DNA of 64,000 bases from Macrostomum lignano (taxonomy: Eukaryota): positions 62,001-126,000 of the forward strand of contig NIVC01002405.1 in the NCBI GenBank assembly GCA_002269645.1. Direction: 5' to 3'. Numbering within the stretch: the stretch's first letter is position 1; each line of letters opens with the position of its first letter. The notes below the pieces were generated by a model, which saw nothing but the letters and a program-made list of their open reading frames with translations, was not told the origin of the DNA and did not search any database. Of this stretch, positions 17,561 through 28,320 are shown in pieces. Both the position numbers and the translations under genes were made by a program.

Positions 17561-18469
17561 GAGTGTACTAGTTTTGGGTCAAAATAGTCAAGCTTGATTC
17601 CGCGCCAGGTGCAACAACTCTTCTCGCATCAGTGCATTGTAACTTATAGCCAATTCAGCTTTACATGTCCAATACATCACTGTGTTTCACAGTATATTTA
17701 TGAAATGAGTCGCGAACGACAGCCGTCTCATCATTCCTGTATTGGCAGGTTCTGAACTCTTTACTAATAATCACAGTCTGTGCATCGCTGGCTCCATCAG
17801 CACTACCAACTGAATTTGCCTGTAGCCATCACTGCTAAACCCCATATTTTCGCTTGTAAACAAAGCGTCCCTTTCGTGGACCAATGATAGTCCTGTCAGT
17901 ACTTCTGCCACCGCCACAGCATCACTAAACCAATTTTCCTTTTTAATGCAAGAAACCGAAGCACCTAAACTATCCTCTGCCTTTTATTTTTCAATTTTCG
18001 TGTCCAACTTGGTTGAAAAGTAATTAAATCCGTAAAAACCCGAACGACTCTACTCACAAGCAAGCGAGCGAATGCATCGCATACTTTAGTGTCTTTAGAA
18101 AATCATTTTGAAGACTCTTATTACAAGGAAAATAGAAATTATAGCGATATTAAGCATTGGGATTCAGAATATTTTGAACAGGTCCTTGTCTGATTTGTGC
18201 CAAAAAAGATTTTTCAACTGATGAAGTTTCTATAGTGGCCAGAAAAAGCGGGACGGAAATCATAATTAACGGGAAGTAAGTCAATCAGTTCGATTATCTA
18301 AGCTCGCAGATGAATAATATAATACATTACTATGCAAAAAATAGGCCTCCTCAGCATTGGTGCTCATATATGTGAGCGAAATCAGTCAGCGAAGTAGGGA
18401 TAAAAACCGCCCCAGTTACCATGCGGATGTGATGAATCAAGCAAAGCATAACGAGCGTAGCGAGTCAGC

Positions 18470-19600
18470 TTAGTCGCTGAAGTCAATCAGTGATGATTCG
18501 TTAGCTGTCGACTGTTGCTGAATACCTGGAGCTGCAACGGTCGGCGCGTTCCCCGATGCAGGCGCTCTTGTCGAGAAGCTAATCCCCTGGTCGTCGAACA
18601 GCACTCGCGGCAACGGCGGATCGCTGCCGCCAAGTCCGACTATGCCGTCGTCCTCTTCGTCGAAGTAGCCGGCGCAGCGGAGTCGTCGGAAGCGGGCCTC
18701 GCTTCGGCGGCGGCGGATCACCACAACCGCTACGCCGAAGATGACTGAGAGGACCAGCACCGATCCAAGAACTACAGCCGCTAGCTGACTGGGCCACCAG
18801 CACCGATCCAAGAACTACAGCCGCTAGCTGACTGGGCCACCGCCTCCACCTGCGTCTGGGCCCGTGGTTGCTGTGTCAGCAGAGCTTGTCCCTTGAGTTG
18901 GCTGTCTGGTTGTAGTTGTCGGTGAGATTGACTCGCTGGTTGTAGTTGTCGGTGAGATTGACTCGCTGGTTGTAGTTGTCGGTGAGATTGACTCGCTGGT
19001 TGTAGTTGTCGGCGAGATTGACTCGCTGGTTGTAGTTGTCGGCGATATTGACTCGCTGGTTGTAGTTGTCGGCGAGATTGACTCGCTGGTTGTAGTTGTC
19101 GGTGAGATTGACTCGCTGGTTGTAGTTGTCGGTGAGATTGACTCGCTGGTTGTAGTTGTCGGTGAGATTGACTCGCTGGTTGTAGTTGTCGGTGAGATTG
19201 ACTCGCTGGTTGTAGTTGTCGGTGAGATTGACTCGCTGGTTGTAGTTGTCGGTGAGATTGACTCGCTGGTTGTAGTTGTCGGCGATATTGACTCGCTGGT
19301 TGTAGTTGTCGGTGAGATTGACTCGCTGGTTGTAGTTGTCGGCGAGATTGACTCGCTGACTGTAGTTGTCGGCGAGATTGAATTGCTGTCTGTACTTTTT
19401 GGCGAAGAATCGACGAATTGTGTTGATTCCGTTTCAGTTTCCTGTGTTGTTTCTTCCACTGTAGAGTCCATTGTTGCTTGTCCTACTTCAACCGTAATAC
19501 CAGCTTCAAATTCTGTACCAGCTGCAACCCCGAGTTGAGGATTGCCATTGGCATCGCTGCATAGGAGAAGCAAAAGAAAGTATAAAATTGATATCTTCAT
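18470..19600 (-). CDS. Mucin-like type I membrane protein (signal peptide, ~16x ISPTTTTSES, TM helix, cytoplasmic tail); interrupted by a 43-bp duplication with two in-frame TAGs
   Basis: Signal peptide MKISILYFLLLLLCSDANG at 19600; 30-bp coding repeat 18905-19380; TM LAAVVLGSVLVLSVIFGVAVVVI followed by RRRR. The two ORFs are in the same frame, separated by stops at 18826-18824 and 18817-18815 that lie inside the duplication 18755-18797/18798-18840. Confidence 0.75.
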
Positions 19601-20534
19601 TTTGAGACTTAGGTCTCTCTTCCGGAATCCAACGCTTTGCAAATTACAGAGAATTTTTTGTAGTTATGAGCGTAGATCAATGTGGATCTTATGCTGACCA
19701 ACTGCAAACTGGAAGGGTTGGAAGAAAGGCTAACCGAGTCTATCTATGATTTTATGCAATTCCATACGCAACCGCCGGTTCGGGTTAGCAATATGATAAT
19801 GATTCGACCGAGGCGTGCACGGCTGGAAAAAGGTGAAATGAATTAAAACACCTCGACTTGCACAGATAAGAAACATGGCGTCCAACCAATCCTCTGAAAT
19901 GCGTGTATCTGGACTCTGTTTGCTAGATCTGTCTCAGTGCATTAGTAGTTTAAGCCAAACCAGAACCAGCAGCATTGCGGCTGTGAGTCATTATTACAAC
20001 GTCCCATAAAGCCCTCCGCTATTCCAATCTGCGAAATTGTGGTTCAAGTCGCTCGTAGATTGGCTGCTTGAGTATCCTGTAAAAGCAGGAGCTTTTGATC
20101 AGCCAGCTACGAACCTACGTTGAAGCAACTCCGACTGTTTTCTGGTGTGTCCAAAGAAGCGGACGGCCTGCGAATCAATGCTAACAGAAGCGCGCCAATG
20201 TCATCGACTTCTTAGGCTTAAAATTTTGTCTTAAAATAGTTTTAATGCTGCTCAATGTACTTGTTAGTTTTTGTGTATTGTCACTAGTAGCTATAGTCTC
20301 ACGGTCCGGGTTAGATTAAAAAGATTAGAGTGAACATTGCCTCCAAACAATGCAGTCGTTTTACAGGAAATGATGCAAAAAGGAGAAAAGCTTGGTTTCT
20401 TGGCTTACATGATTCAGCTGCAGGGAACTCCGGGCATCCGGATACCGGGGGGGCGTCAAAGCCCATTCCGCTAACCCCTGGCGATCACCACGGGCAGCTG
20501 GTCCTGCGGTTTCGCGCAGGGAAATCCGGTGGTG

Positions 20535-21141
20535 CCGGTGTTATGGTTTAGGATCTCCGGGGGTCCGGTCAGTTTAGGGTGTCCGGGGCGGAGACCCTAA
20601 ACGGTTTAGGATCTCCCCTGGAGACTTCTAACGGTTATGGGTCTCCGGGGTAGGAGATCTGAAACCGTTTAAGGGTCTCCGGGGGCATTTTCAGGTCTCC
20701 GCACCCGGAGATCTTAAACCAGTTTCTGATCTCCCCCCAGGAGACTCTAAACCAGTTTCAGCTCTCCGTCAGGGCCGCAAAAACAAAGTCCTGGTTTAGG
20801 ATCTCCGGTTTCCGATCTCCCCCCCCCATTTGTGTAAAACCAATGGTCATGGTATTGAACGCGTACATGTATAAGAAGTGGAAAGGCATTTTTATCATCA
20901 ACGTAGCATTAGTTTTATATGTATAGCTCGTATGCTCGCACAACTGTGTATTTAAATGGAAAACTGTTTACTGTTAAAGTAATGAAGTAAATGTCCGCTT
21001 AGTGAAAAACCGGTGATGCACTTTCAGCCGGTGTTATGGTTTCCGATCTCCGTGTGGGCGATCTTAAAATGACACAATTTTCAGTTTGTGATCTCCGGGC
21101 CGGAGACCCTAAAACGCGGAGATCCTAAACTCTAACACCGG
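20535..21141. mobile_element. MITE-like non-autonomous DNA transposon with 24-bp TIRs and internal GGAGAYC..GRTCTCC palindromes
   Basis: CCGGTGTTATGGTTTAGGATCTCC (20535-20558) matches GGAGATCCTAAACTCTAACACCGG (21118-21141) at 22/24 as an inverted repeat. No convincing TSD. Confidence 0.7.
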
Positions 21142-21663
21142 TCTGTCCAGCAGCCCTAAGGGTCTGCCTTGAGCACCCACGGGAACGTGAAGCATCGCAG
21201 ACCATAGCCTGTAAGCCTAGTCTATCTCATACAGGCCATGCTGAAACGCCAATCCAGCCCTTTTTATTGCATTTTCAGGGTTCAAAGTACGAGCTACTTC
21301 ACACTTTAAATTGCCCCTCTAGCACTGAGTGTCACCGGGGAAGAACGTCGCCACGGCCCAGGCCTACAAAGCAAATATGGCTTTCAAAATTTTAGTGTAT
21401 CCTTTTTCAAACAACGGCAAGCGAGCCTTGCAACCAGAACAAAAACGGCTGCTAAGGGGATAAAAGCGCCTGAAAACACAGCTTAAAAGCCATTTTGTTT
21501 GCCAAGAATGCCAACATTTATACTCCCGCTTATTTTAGATCGTATATTAGTATATTTTTGCTGGTGGAAACGATTTCGGGTACACTTTGGTTTTTCTTCA
21601 AGGGCCATCAGAACACAGAAATGTTTTGTTTCAGAAAAATTTGAATCCTAAGCAGGGAGTCCC

Positions 21664-22641
21664 TCAGCACATGCCGTCGAACTCGGCGAACTCTTCCTGA
21701 GAGACCTCCCTGGCCCAGTAAGCGAAGCAGAGCAGCCGGCCTTGCATAGCGTCGTTCACCGTTTCTCCGTGCTTGGCGCCCAGCTGGATGACGCTTCCAA
21801 TGGCGGTGGTGGAGGAAATGGTGCTGTACTGACTGACTGACTCCGATTTGCCGTTCAAGTAGGCGCTGTAGGCTCCGTTGTAGGAGATGCCAAACGAGTT
21901 GACAGACTTCGAGGCGGGAACCACGGGTCCCGTATAGTAATTCACGGTTACAGCTTTGCGGTTGCCAAACTTGATGCGTTGCGAGTCTTCGTAGGCCCAG
22001 AAGACAACCGTGTTCGAAGTGGACGCGGCCCTGACCAGGTAGGTTGAGTTGCCGCTCCTAGGCTGCCACTCGGCCTTGATAAACAGGGAAAACTGGCCGA
22101 GCGGGCCGGTCCTGGCCTCCAGACCGGAATCGTCGGGCGGCGGCAGCAGCAAGTAGGAGTCGCCCAGGCCGGAGGACAGGACGACTCCGCTGGCATTTCT
22201 CAGGGCGGCCGGCCCGACCAGCTCGGCCGGGCGGGCGCTGCTGTTGGCCAGGTTGCTCAGGGAGGCGCTCAGGCTCAGCCAGACCACCAGACGGTCAGTC
22301 AAGTTAGCTGGGGCTGTCGGCAGGCGGACCAGTGTGGCAGCTCCGTTGCTCTGACAACTTGACGAGGTTTTCCAAGCGTCTTGCCAATCGGATCGGGTGG
22401 CCAGGTAGCAGTCAGCGCCGAGGCGGTGCAGAGCGGAGCAGTTGGGCGACGCGGCGCACTCCACGGCGCAGGTGCTGGTAGCGACGATGCCACTGAGCCG
22501 CCTCGGCAAGGCCGAACGCTGCATCACGCTTGGACAGAACTGGCTGGCCTCAAACCGAACAGCGCCCGGCTGCTGCAGACCCAGCACCGCCTGCATCCGG
22601 CTGAAGAACAGTACAGTCAGCGGCACCACAGCTGGAAGCAT
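21664..22641 (-). CDS. Secreted protein with PAN/Apple-like and LamG/concanavalin-like domains, 325 aa, single coding exon
   Basis: Hydrophobic N-terminus. CAVECAASPNCSAL..CYL is the PAN/Apple cysteine pattern, and IQLGA..MQGRLLCFAYWAREVSQEEF resembles the LamG_3/pentraxin C-terminal motif. GC-rich codon usage. Confidence 0.8.
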   Translation of the reverse strand: MLPAVVPLTVLFFSRMQAVLGLQQPGAVRFEASQFCPSVMQRSALPRRLSGIVATSTCAVECAASPNCSALHRLGADCYLATRSDWQDAWKTSSSCQSNGAATLVRLPTAPANLTDRLVVWLSLSASLSNLANSSARPAELVGPAALRNASGVVLSSGLGDSYLLLPPPDDSGLEARTGPLGQFSLFIKAEWQPRSGNSTYLVRAASTSNTVVFWAYEDSQRIKFGNRKAVTVNYYTGPVVPASKSVNSFGISYNGAYSAYLNGKSESVSQYSTISSTTAIGSVIQLGAKHGETVNDAMQGRLLCFAYWAREVSQEEFAEFDGMC

Positions 22642-24272
22642 GACCTGATTCCTCGGTGTATTTTTCTCGCTAAAGTCAGGATATCCAGGATATAGTTTTG
22701 GCGATAATTTTTATGGAAAATCTGCTGTATTCATAATTTCGCTGGGAACAGGTCCGTTGCTTCTAGCCAATAAGCAAACTTTGCTTTCCTAGCTCTCAGG
22801 AAAGAGAGAGAGACAGAGAGCAGTTTCTCTCCCCAAGACAATACACCTATCGCCTATAGAAACCGCCAAACATTTGGTGAGGACAGAGTTGACAGATGCC
22901 TACTTACGCCAGCTACATCCGGGATATAATGAGCAAATAGCTGTCACCATTACAGGCTTACCTGGCCAGGCACATTACACAGCACTGTCGCTACAGGTGG
23001 GCTGAATTTTGGCTCAGCTCAGCCATGCGAAAAAACTCACCCCGAGAAAGCAAGCTTCATTTTTTCATAGGCATAACTGACAGCTGACACACTGCAGGGA
23101 AGGATAACAGAGAGACTGGAAGCCTGTCTCGTGATGGGATTGACAGCTCTTCAAGCTTGCTCAGCCATGCAAGTGACACACTGCAGCTCCGCATGCTCTG
23201 TCAAAATGGCTAAGGTGAGGTAAAAGCTTTTGCCCAAGGTGAGGCACAGTAATTATTGATAGCCCTCACTGTGGCCCATGTCACTGCTGGGAGGGCGAAA
23301 TTGGTAAGCAAATTTTGCTTTTTCGCAAATATAAAGCAGACTCGAGGCATTCAAAACCGCTACGGACTGTCTCGACGAAGCAGGTGCTGGCTGTCCGATG
23401 CAATCATCTTTTGCGAACTTTTGTGTGGACAATTGTATATGTTGGCGCCAATGCATTACCAAACTTTAATGCCATTTTATTAAACCAGCTAAAGCTATAC
23501 GGCTGAACCATGGGTGTATTATGTGCAACTATAATTTCAACATGCAACTTAGCAAGACCAAATTTTATAGCACAATTTAGCCAATTCATAAGTGCGTGAT
23601 AAAACAGAAAGTATTTTTTAAGCAGGAGAAGAGGCAGCCCCGGCCCGGCCACGCTCAAACACCACGGTTGGACGGAGGAGATCGATGCAGAGTGAGAGAC
23701 CAAAATTTAATGTTATCTAGTAGTTCTTCTCTTCTCCCGTTAGCCCTTCAAATAACTCCAAACCATCTGAATGAATGTACGTAAATCTATTAAGCACAGG
23801 CAATATTACTGTACAGTCTGCACTGTAGCAATTGAAACTTGCCCAGGCTTCACCAACAACACCGCATAAGCCCAACACCGAGGAGAAAAATGGAATGGAG
23901 ATTGAATGGCGTAAAATTGTAAATGAATCGCCATGTACGACGCAAAGAAGGGCCGTATTCCTTTATAAATATAAGTAATGAAGGAGCATTTAAATTCTAT
24001 TAACGAGTGGTTTTCACCCAACGCCTCTATCGGTCTTTCATATTAACGGTTTCGAAACCAGAATTTGTTTCAAAACTAACCTTTTAATTTAAAATACTAG
24101 CTCCGTTTTCTTGCAGAATCGGTTCCAGAGCCGTGTTCCAGTTCTGGAATTACATTGTCACATTTTCTGTAATGGCTGGCATAGTTTAAATAATGTCAAT
24201 GCTCTTCCTTTCCTATCAATTCTGGTTCTCAAAATAACAAAATTTCCGTGACAACCAATTCTCGTGACACGG

Positions 24273-24309
24273 CCAAGGACGACTTAAGTAGTCCTTAAGT
24301 CGTCCTTGG
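24273..24309. repeat. 37-bp perfect hairpin (16-bp arms, 5-nt loop) flanked by 6-bp direct repeat ACACGG
   Basis: CCAAGGACGACTTAAG-TAGTC-CTTAAGTCGTCCTTGG, with ACACGG at 24267-24272 and 24310-24315. Confidence 0.9.
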
Positions 24310-24605
24310 ACACGGCATGCTGGCAGTCCTAAAACAAACTTCTCGAATCGTCAATCCAATTAATCAATGTGTAAAAAATCAGACAAACTTTTATTCAGCA
24401 AAGAGAACTCCTAAAATTTTTACATACACAAAAGTTAGCTTTAAATTGTTTTACCCTTGTGTTTATCAAATTTTAATATTCAAGTAGTTGTTGTTTCCTA
24501 GAAAATGTGTCTGTAATTCCGACAGTACATTCCTATTCTCAGCTTACGTATTTCTTACTGTTACCTAACCTTCCTTGCTCGTTTTTATTTATATTTTAAT
24601 CCAGC

Positions 24606-24800
24606 ATGACTGCGATTATTAATAACATGCACTTTCGAATTTTCTTATTTTTATTGTCGATCGCGTGTTGCTTTGGACAGGCTCATGCATTCAATGCTGG
24701 TGACACAATCGCTTTGATTCTTGGATTGGCTATCGGGATCTTGGGAATTTGTGCGTGCATCGGCGTGTATGCCCGTAGAAAGGCAGGAAATTCTGGATGA
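24606..24800 (+). CDS. SMIM30: Small integral membrane protein 30 homolog (64 aa)
   Basis: AFNAGDTIALILGLAIGILGICACIGVYARRK matches my recall of human SMIM30 AVEAGDAIALLLGVVLSITGICACLGVYARKR. Acceptor CCAG lies just before the ATG, and a 3'UTR intron runs 24812 (GTAAGT) to 27256 (TTTCAG). Confidence 0.88.
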   Translation: MTAIINNMHFRIFLFLLSIACCFGQAHAFNAGDTIALILGLAIGILGICACIGVYARRKAGNSG

Positions 24801-25223
24801 ATGATAAAAATGTAAGTCATTTCAAATTTCCCTGCTTTTACATTGACCATAACACAATTATAAATTACAAACTTGTTGAGAATAAGTAGTGTTGGGCACC
24901 AGTCCATTAATAAGCATTAATCCATTAATAAGCATTAAGATTATTCATTAACATTAATAGACTGCCGTTAAGATTTTTTGCACTAATGGATTAACGAATT
25001 TGCATTAATATTTTTGTGAGTTAATGACAAATTGATTTGATTCAATTTGATTTGACCCTTTGATTCACTTCTTTCCCAATCTTTTGTAACTTTCTGTTAT
25101 GCCTGCTAATGCTACTGAAACAACCTTCCTATTTGTATTTTATTATAAACCAATAAAATTATTAATTATTAACTTTCAAGTTTCAAATAAATGAGTTACT
25201 TCTTTTACTATATGCTTACTTTT

Positions 25224-26804
25224 GGCAATTTTCCTCTTTCATTTGTTAAATTAATTTTTTTGTTTTAATATAATTATAAATAGTACTAACTTAAAATGAT
25301 AACAGTATGTCGTTAAAACCTTTATAGCATTTAGAAAAGCATGAAATTAAAATTGTGCCAAGGCGTGTAAGAAAGTGAAGCAGCAACTGTCTTTTAGCAA
25401 CTGTCTATAGTTAAAACTATGGGGATATCACTAGAAAATATGATGAACTTCAAAAGTCAAAACTTTGAAGTTTGGTTTATAGGGGGTAATAGTGGGCAAT
25501 CCAAAAGAGTATGTAGCCAAAAAGGTGTTCTGTGGGTGCATCTTCTGCCATATGAATTCCTTGAGATGTGACCTAAAGAGGGCCTAGCTTATACTATGAA
25601 TAGCTTGGAACTTTGCTTTACAGTGCGTCTACCACGGGGTATGTCCCTTTGATGAGGTTTGTGTGCACAGTTAACAGTTAAGTCTTGAGGATTGACAAAT
25701 GAGAGCTGGTGGTTGACAACAGCATGATTCTGGAGCTGGGCATATGCTTGCCATCTATCAGTAATTACACGTGTACCAGGGAGAATATGGCATTGATTGA
25801 ATCAAAGGTAGCAACATTGTAGCAGTGCAGTTAAGAATACTAATCATCACACACTTCCTGGCACTATATTCAACCATGCTTAGTACCTACTGTCCAGGCC
25901 AGTAGGCACCTTGGTGGTACTTTTGGTGAAAGAAATAGGATTTGTCTATCTCTATATCTCTATTAGGACCACCTAGTTCCACTGGATGGTCAATCAGGTA
26001 CTAAGAATAGATGTCTCTGATGAAGTTTTGCCAGTCAACAATAGCATTATGACCAATGTTGCATTGTCATTGACACTCACCCTGCTTTGCTTCTGTAGCC
26101 CACCACTAAATGAGATCCAGCAGCTGCTGCAGCATAAGATGACTAGCTTCAAAAAATGAGCCTTTCCGAACTGACACCTGGGCATGATAGCTGGTGCATG
26201 CCCATGCCAGTCCATCTAAGAATGGGTCACCCATACGTCGTTGCAATCGCATTTGTTGTGCCATTATATCGCCGACGCCACCTCCAGGGCAGGTCAAGCA
26301 AGACCATTGGTTTGCAATAAGATGGTATGTTGCCATCCACATGTCACACATGGATAATGTCTCAAGGTGTTGTGATAGTGGTGAGCTTCCGCATTGTGAA
26401 ATTAATGTTGCACAGCTCCAGTGCGGGATGCAATTGCCTAGGGGGTACTATAAATGTAGGTGCTACAGGGTGACCAGCCATGTTGTTGAATATAATTGTA
26501 TGTTTTTGAGAAGTAGCTGACTAAAAACTTAAGAGGACTTATAAATTATTTTCTTTGTACCCCCCTTCTAGTTTTCTAGTGATATCCCCACAGTTTTAAC
26601 CATAGACAGTTGCTAAAAGACAGTTGTTGCTTCACTTTCTTACACACCTTGGCGCAATTTTAATTTCATGCTTTTCTAAATGCTACAAAGGTCTCCATGA
26701 CATACTGTTATCATTTTTTGTTGTTTTATTTTAGTATATTAGAAGTTACTACTGTTTGTGTTCAAACAAAAAATTAATTTAACAAATAAAAGAGGAAAAT
26801 TGTC
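25224..26804 (-). mobile_element. Merlin (ISXO2/IS1016-like) DNA transposon, decayed
   Basis: About 215-230-bp imperfect TIRs (25224-25438 and 26572-26804) beginning GGCAATTTTCC; perfect 8-bp TSD TTACTTTT (25216-25223, 26805-26812). Confidence 0.92.
25500..26360 (-). pseudogene. Merlin/ISXO2-like DDE transposase remnant
   Basis: Fragments with stops and frameshifts: DGLAWAC..VSVRKGSFFEASHL, AIVDWQNFIRD, ELGGPNRDIEIDKS, ILPGTRVITDRWQAY, VVNHQLSFVNP, SHLKEFIW. These follow the order of ISXO2-like transposase motifs. Confidence 0.9.
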
Positions 26805-27909
26805 TTACTTTTAGTAGTATTATACATTCAAGTTTTTTAAATTATTATTTATTACTTTTTTAGCTTGTAAATCCCTTAGATGACCTCTGTGTTTTGCTAA
26901 AAAGGTGGAAAAGCAAAGACAGTACATTAAGGAAGTCTTCTGGAAAAAGTGTTAGATTTCTGTATTTTCTGTGTTAAATTCAATGGATTAATGCTTATTA
27001 ACAATTATCAGTTAACTTAACAAAATTAAGAGTTAATAAGTTAAGATTTTTTGTTTTAATGCTAACGCTTTTGCTATTAATAGAAGTTAAGATTTTGATT
27101 AATAGTGCCCAACACTTAGAATAAGAGCAGCAAGTCCTATTAATCACCAATTAGTGATTAAATCACCTATTAGACCAAAATATACAACAAAACCATATAC
27201 CCTAAAAATAAATGACTGATTCTCTTTATTTTCATGCATCCACTTTATACTTTCAGGCTATCAGACATCAAGTCCTTCAAATGCAAGGAGGTCCGTTTAT
27301 ATAAAACAGATGCACTTCTCAATTACATTATATTGTTTTTGGTGCTTATTCAGTATTGAGATTGTCTTATACTTTTTGATGATCAAGTGAAGGGAAGTTC
27401 ATCAAGTGAAGAAAGAATGTTTATTTTACATGTTAATTACTTATTTTGCAATAAAAACTGATTGTTTTAATAAAAATGATGTCCCAACTTTGACATATTC
27501 TTATACTTGTCTTTTTGATTGTTGCTATTAAACAAAGCCAACTAAATATTGATTATATATTTTTAAATGTCACAGATCTTTGTGATTTTTCAAGTATAAA
27601 TATATGAACTGATTTTTATCCTATTATGAATTGAGATTATATTTTGAGTATTTAATATTTGCTTTATTTTTTTAATTATGATATTTAATGTTACTAAAAA
27701 AGTGCAAAGGTATAGGTATCAAGAGATTGTTTATAGAAGAATTAAAAATGAAAAGATATGAAGGAAATCTCTTATAGTATATGCAAAAAACTGTGCACTG
27801 ATAGGCAGGTAAGAAGTTGAAATCTGAGCCTTGCCTTGGATAACAGACTGACAATATGTTAACACAATATATCAAGATTAGCAATGAATAATACAATGCA
27901 ATATTGCTG

Positions 27910-28320
27910 CAGTAGCCTAGTCTGTCTAAGCAACCTGTTGTGCCCTCAGTGACCCCAGCTAGTACAAGAGGTACTTACTGCTGACTCTGCCAGGGCTAGG
28001 TATACCCTGACAAAGATACCTAATGCTTTGTCAACTGCCATGCATAGATTTGATTATTGGAGCAGCCTATGTATAATAATCATTGATTACACCTACCCTA
28101 ATGGACAGGTGTGCAATTGACAGCCCAGCCTTAGCTATTGTGCCATGCATCTGAGGCTGCGTATGGCTGTTTAGTCCAAGGACTGGGAGGGGGTTCGCTA
28201 CACACCCAGCTAATGCTGGCACACTCATTTCACTGCTGGGTGAACTGAAGCAATGCAGAGTTAAGTGTCTTGCTCAAGGACACAAATTGCTGGATCGATA
28301 ATCGAACCCCCAAGAATTGG
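27910..28320 (+). mobile_element. SINE-like remnant
   Basis: Contains CACTCATTTCACTGCTGGGTGAACTG..AAGTGTCTTGCTCAAGGACAC (hairpin 28265-28283) and GACCCCAGCTAGTACAAGAGGTAC, resembling conserved central SINE domains (Deu/Meta type) as I recall them. No clear A/B boxes. Confidence 0.5.

Larger units (their letters stand above)
24887..27117. mobile_element. hAT-type MITE (13-bp TIR, 8-bp TSD) carrying a nested Merlin element
   Basis: TIRs TAGTGTTGGGCAC (24887-24899) and GTGCCCAACACTT (27105-27117); perfect TSD AGAATAAG at 24879-24886 and 27118-27125; subterminal TTAAY-rich repeats. Confidence 0.88.
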
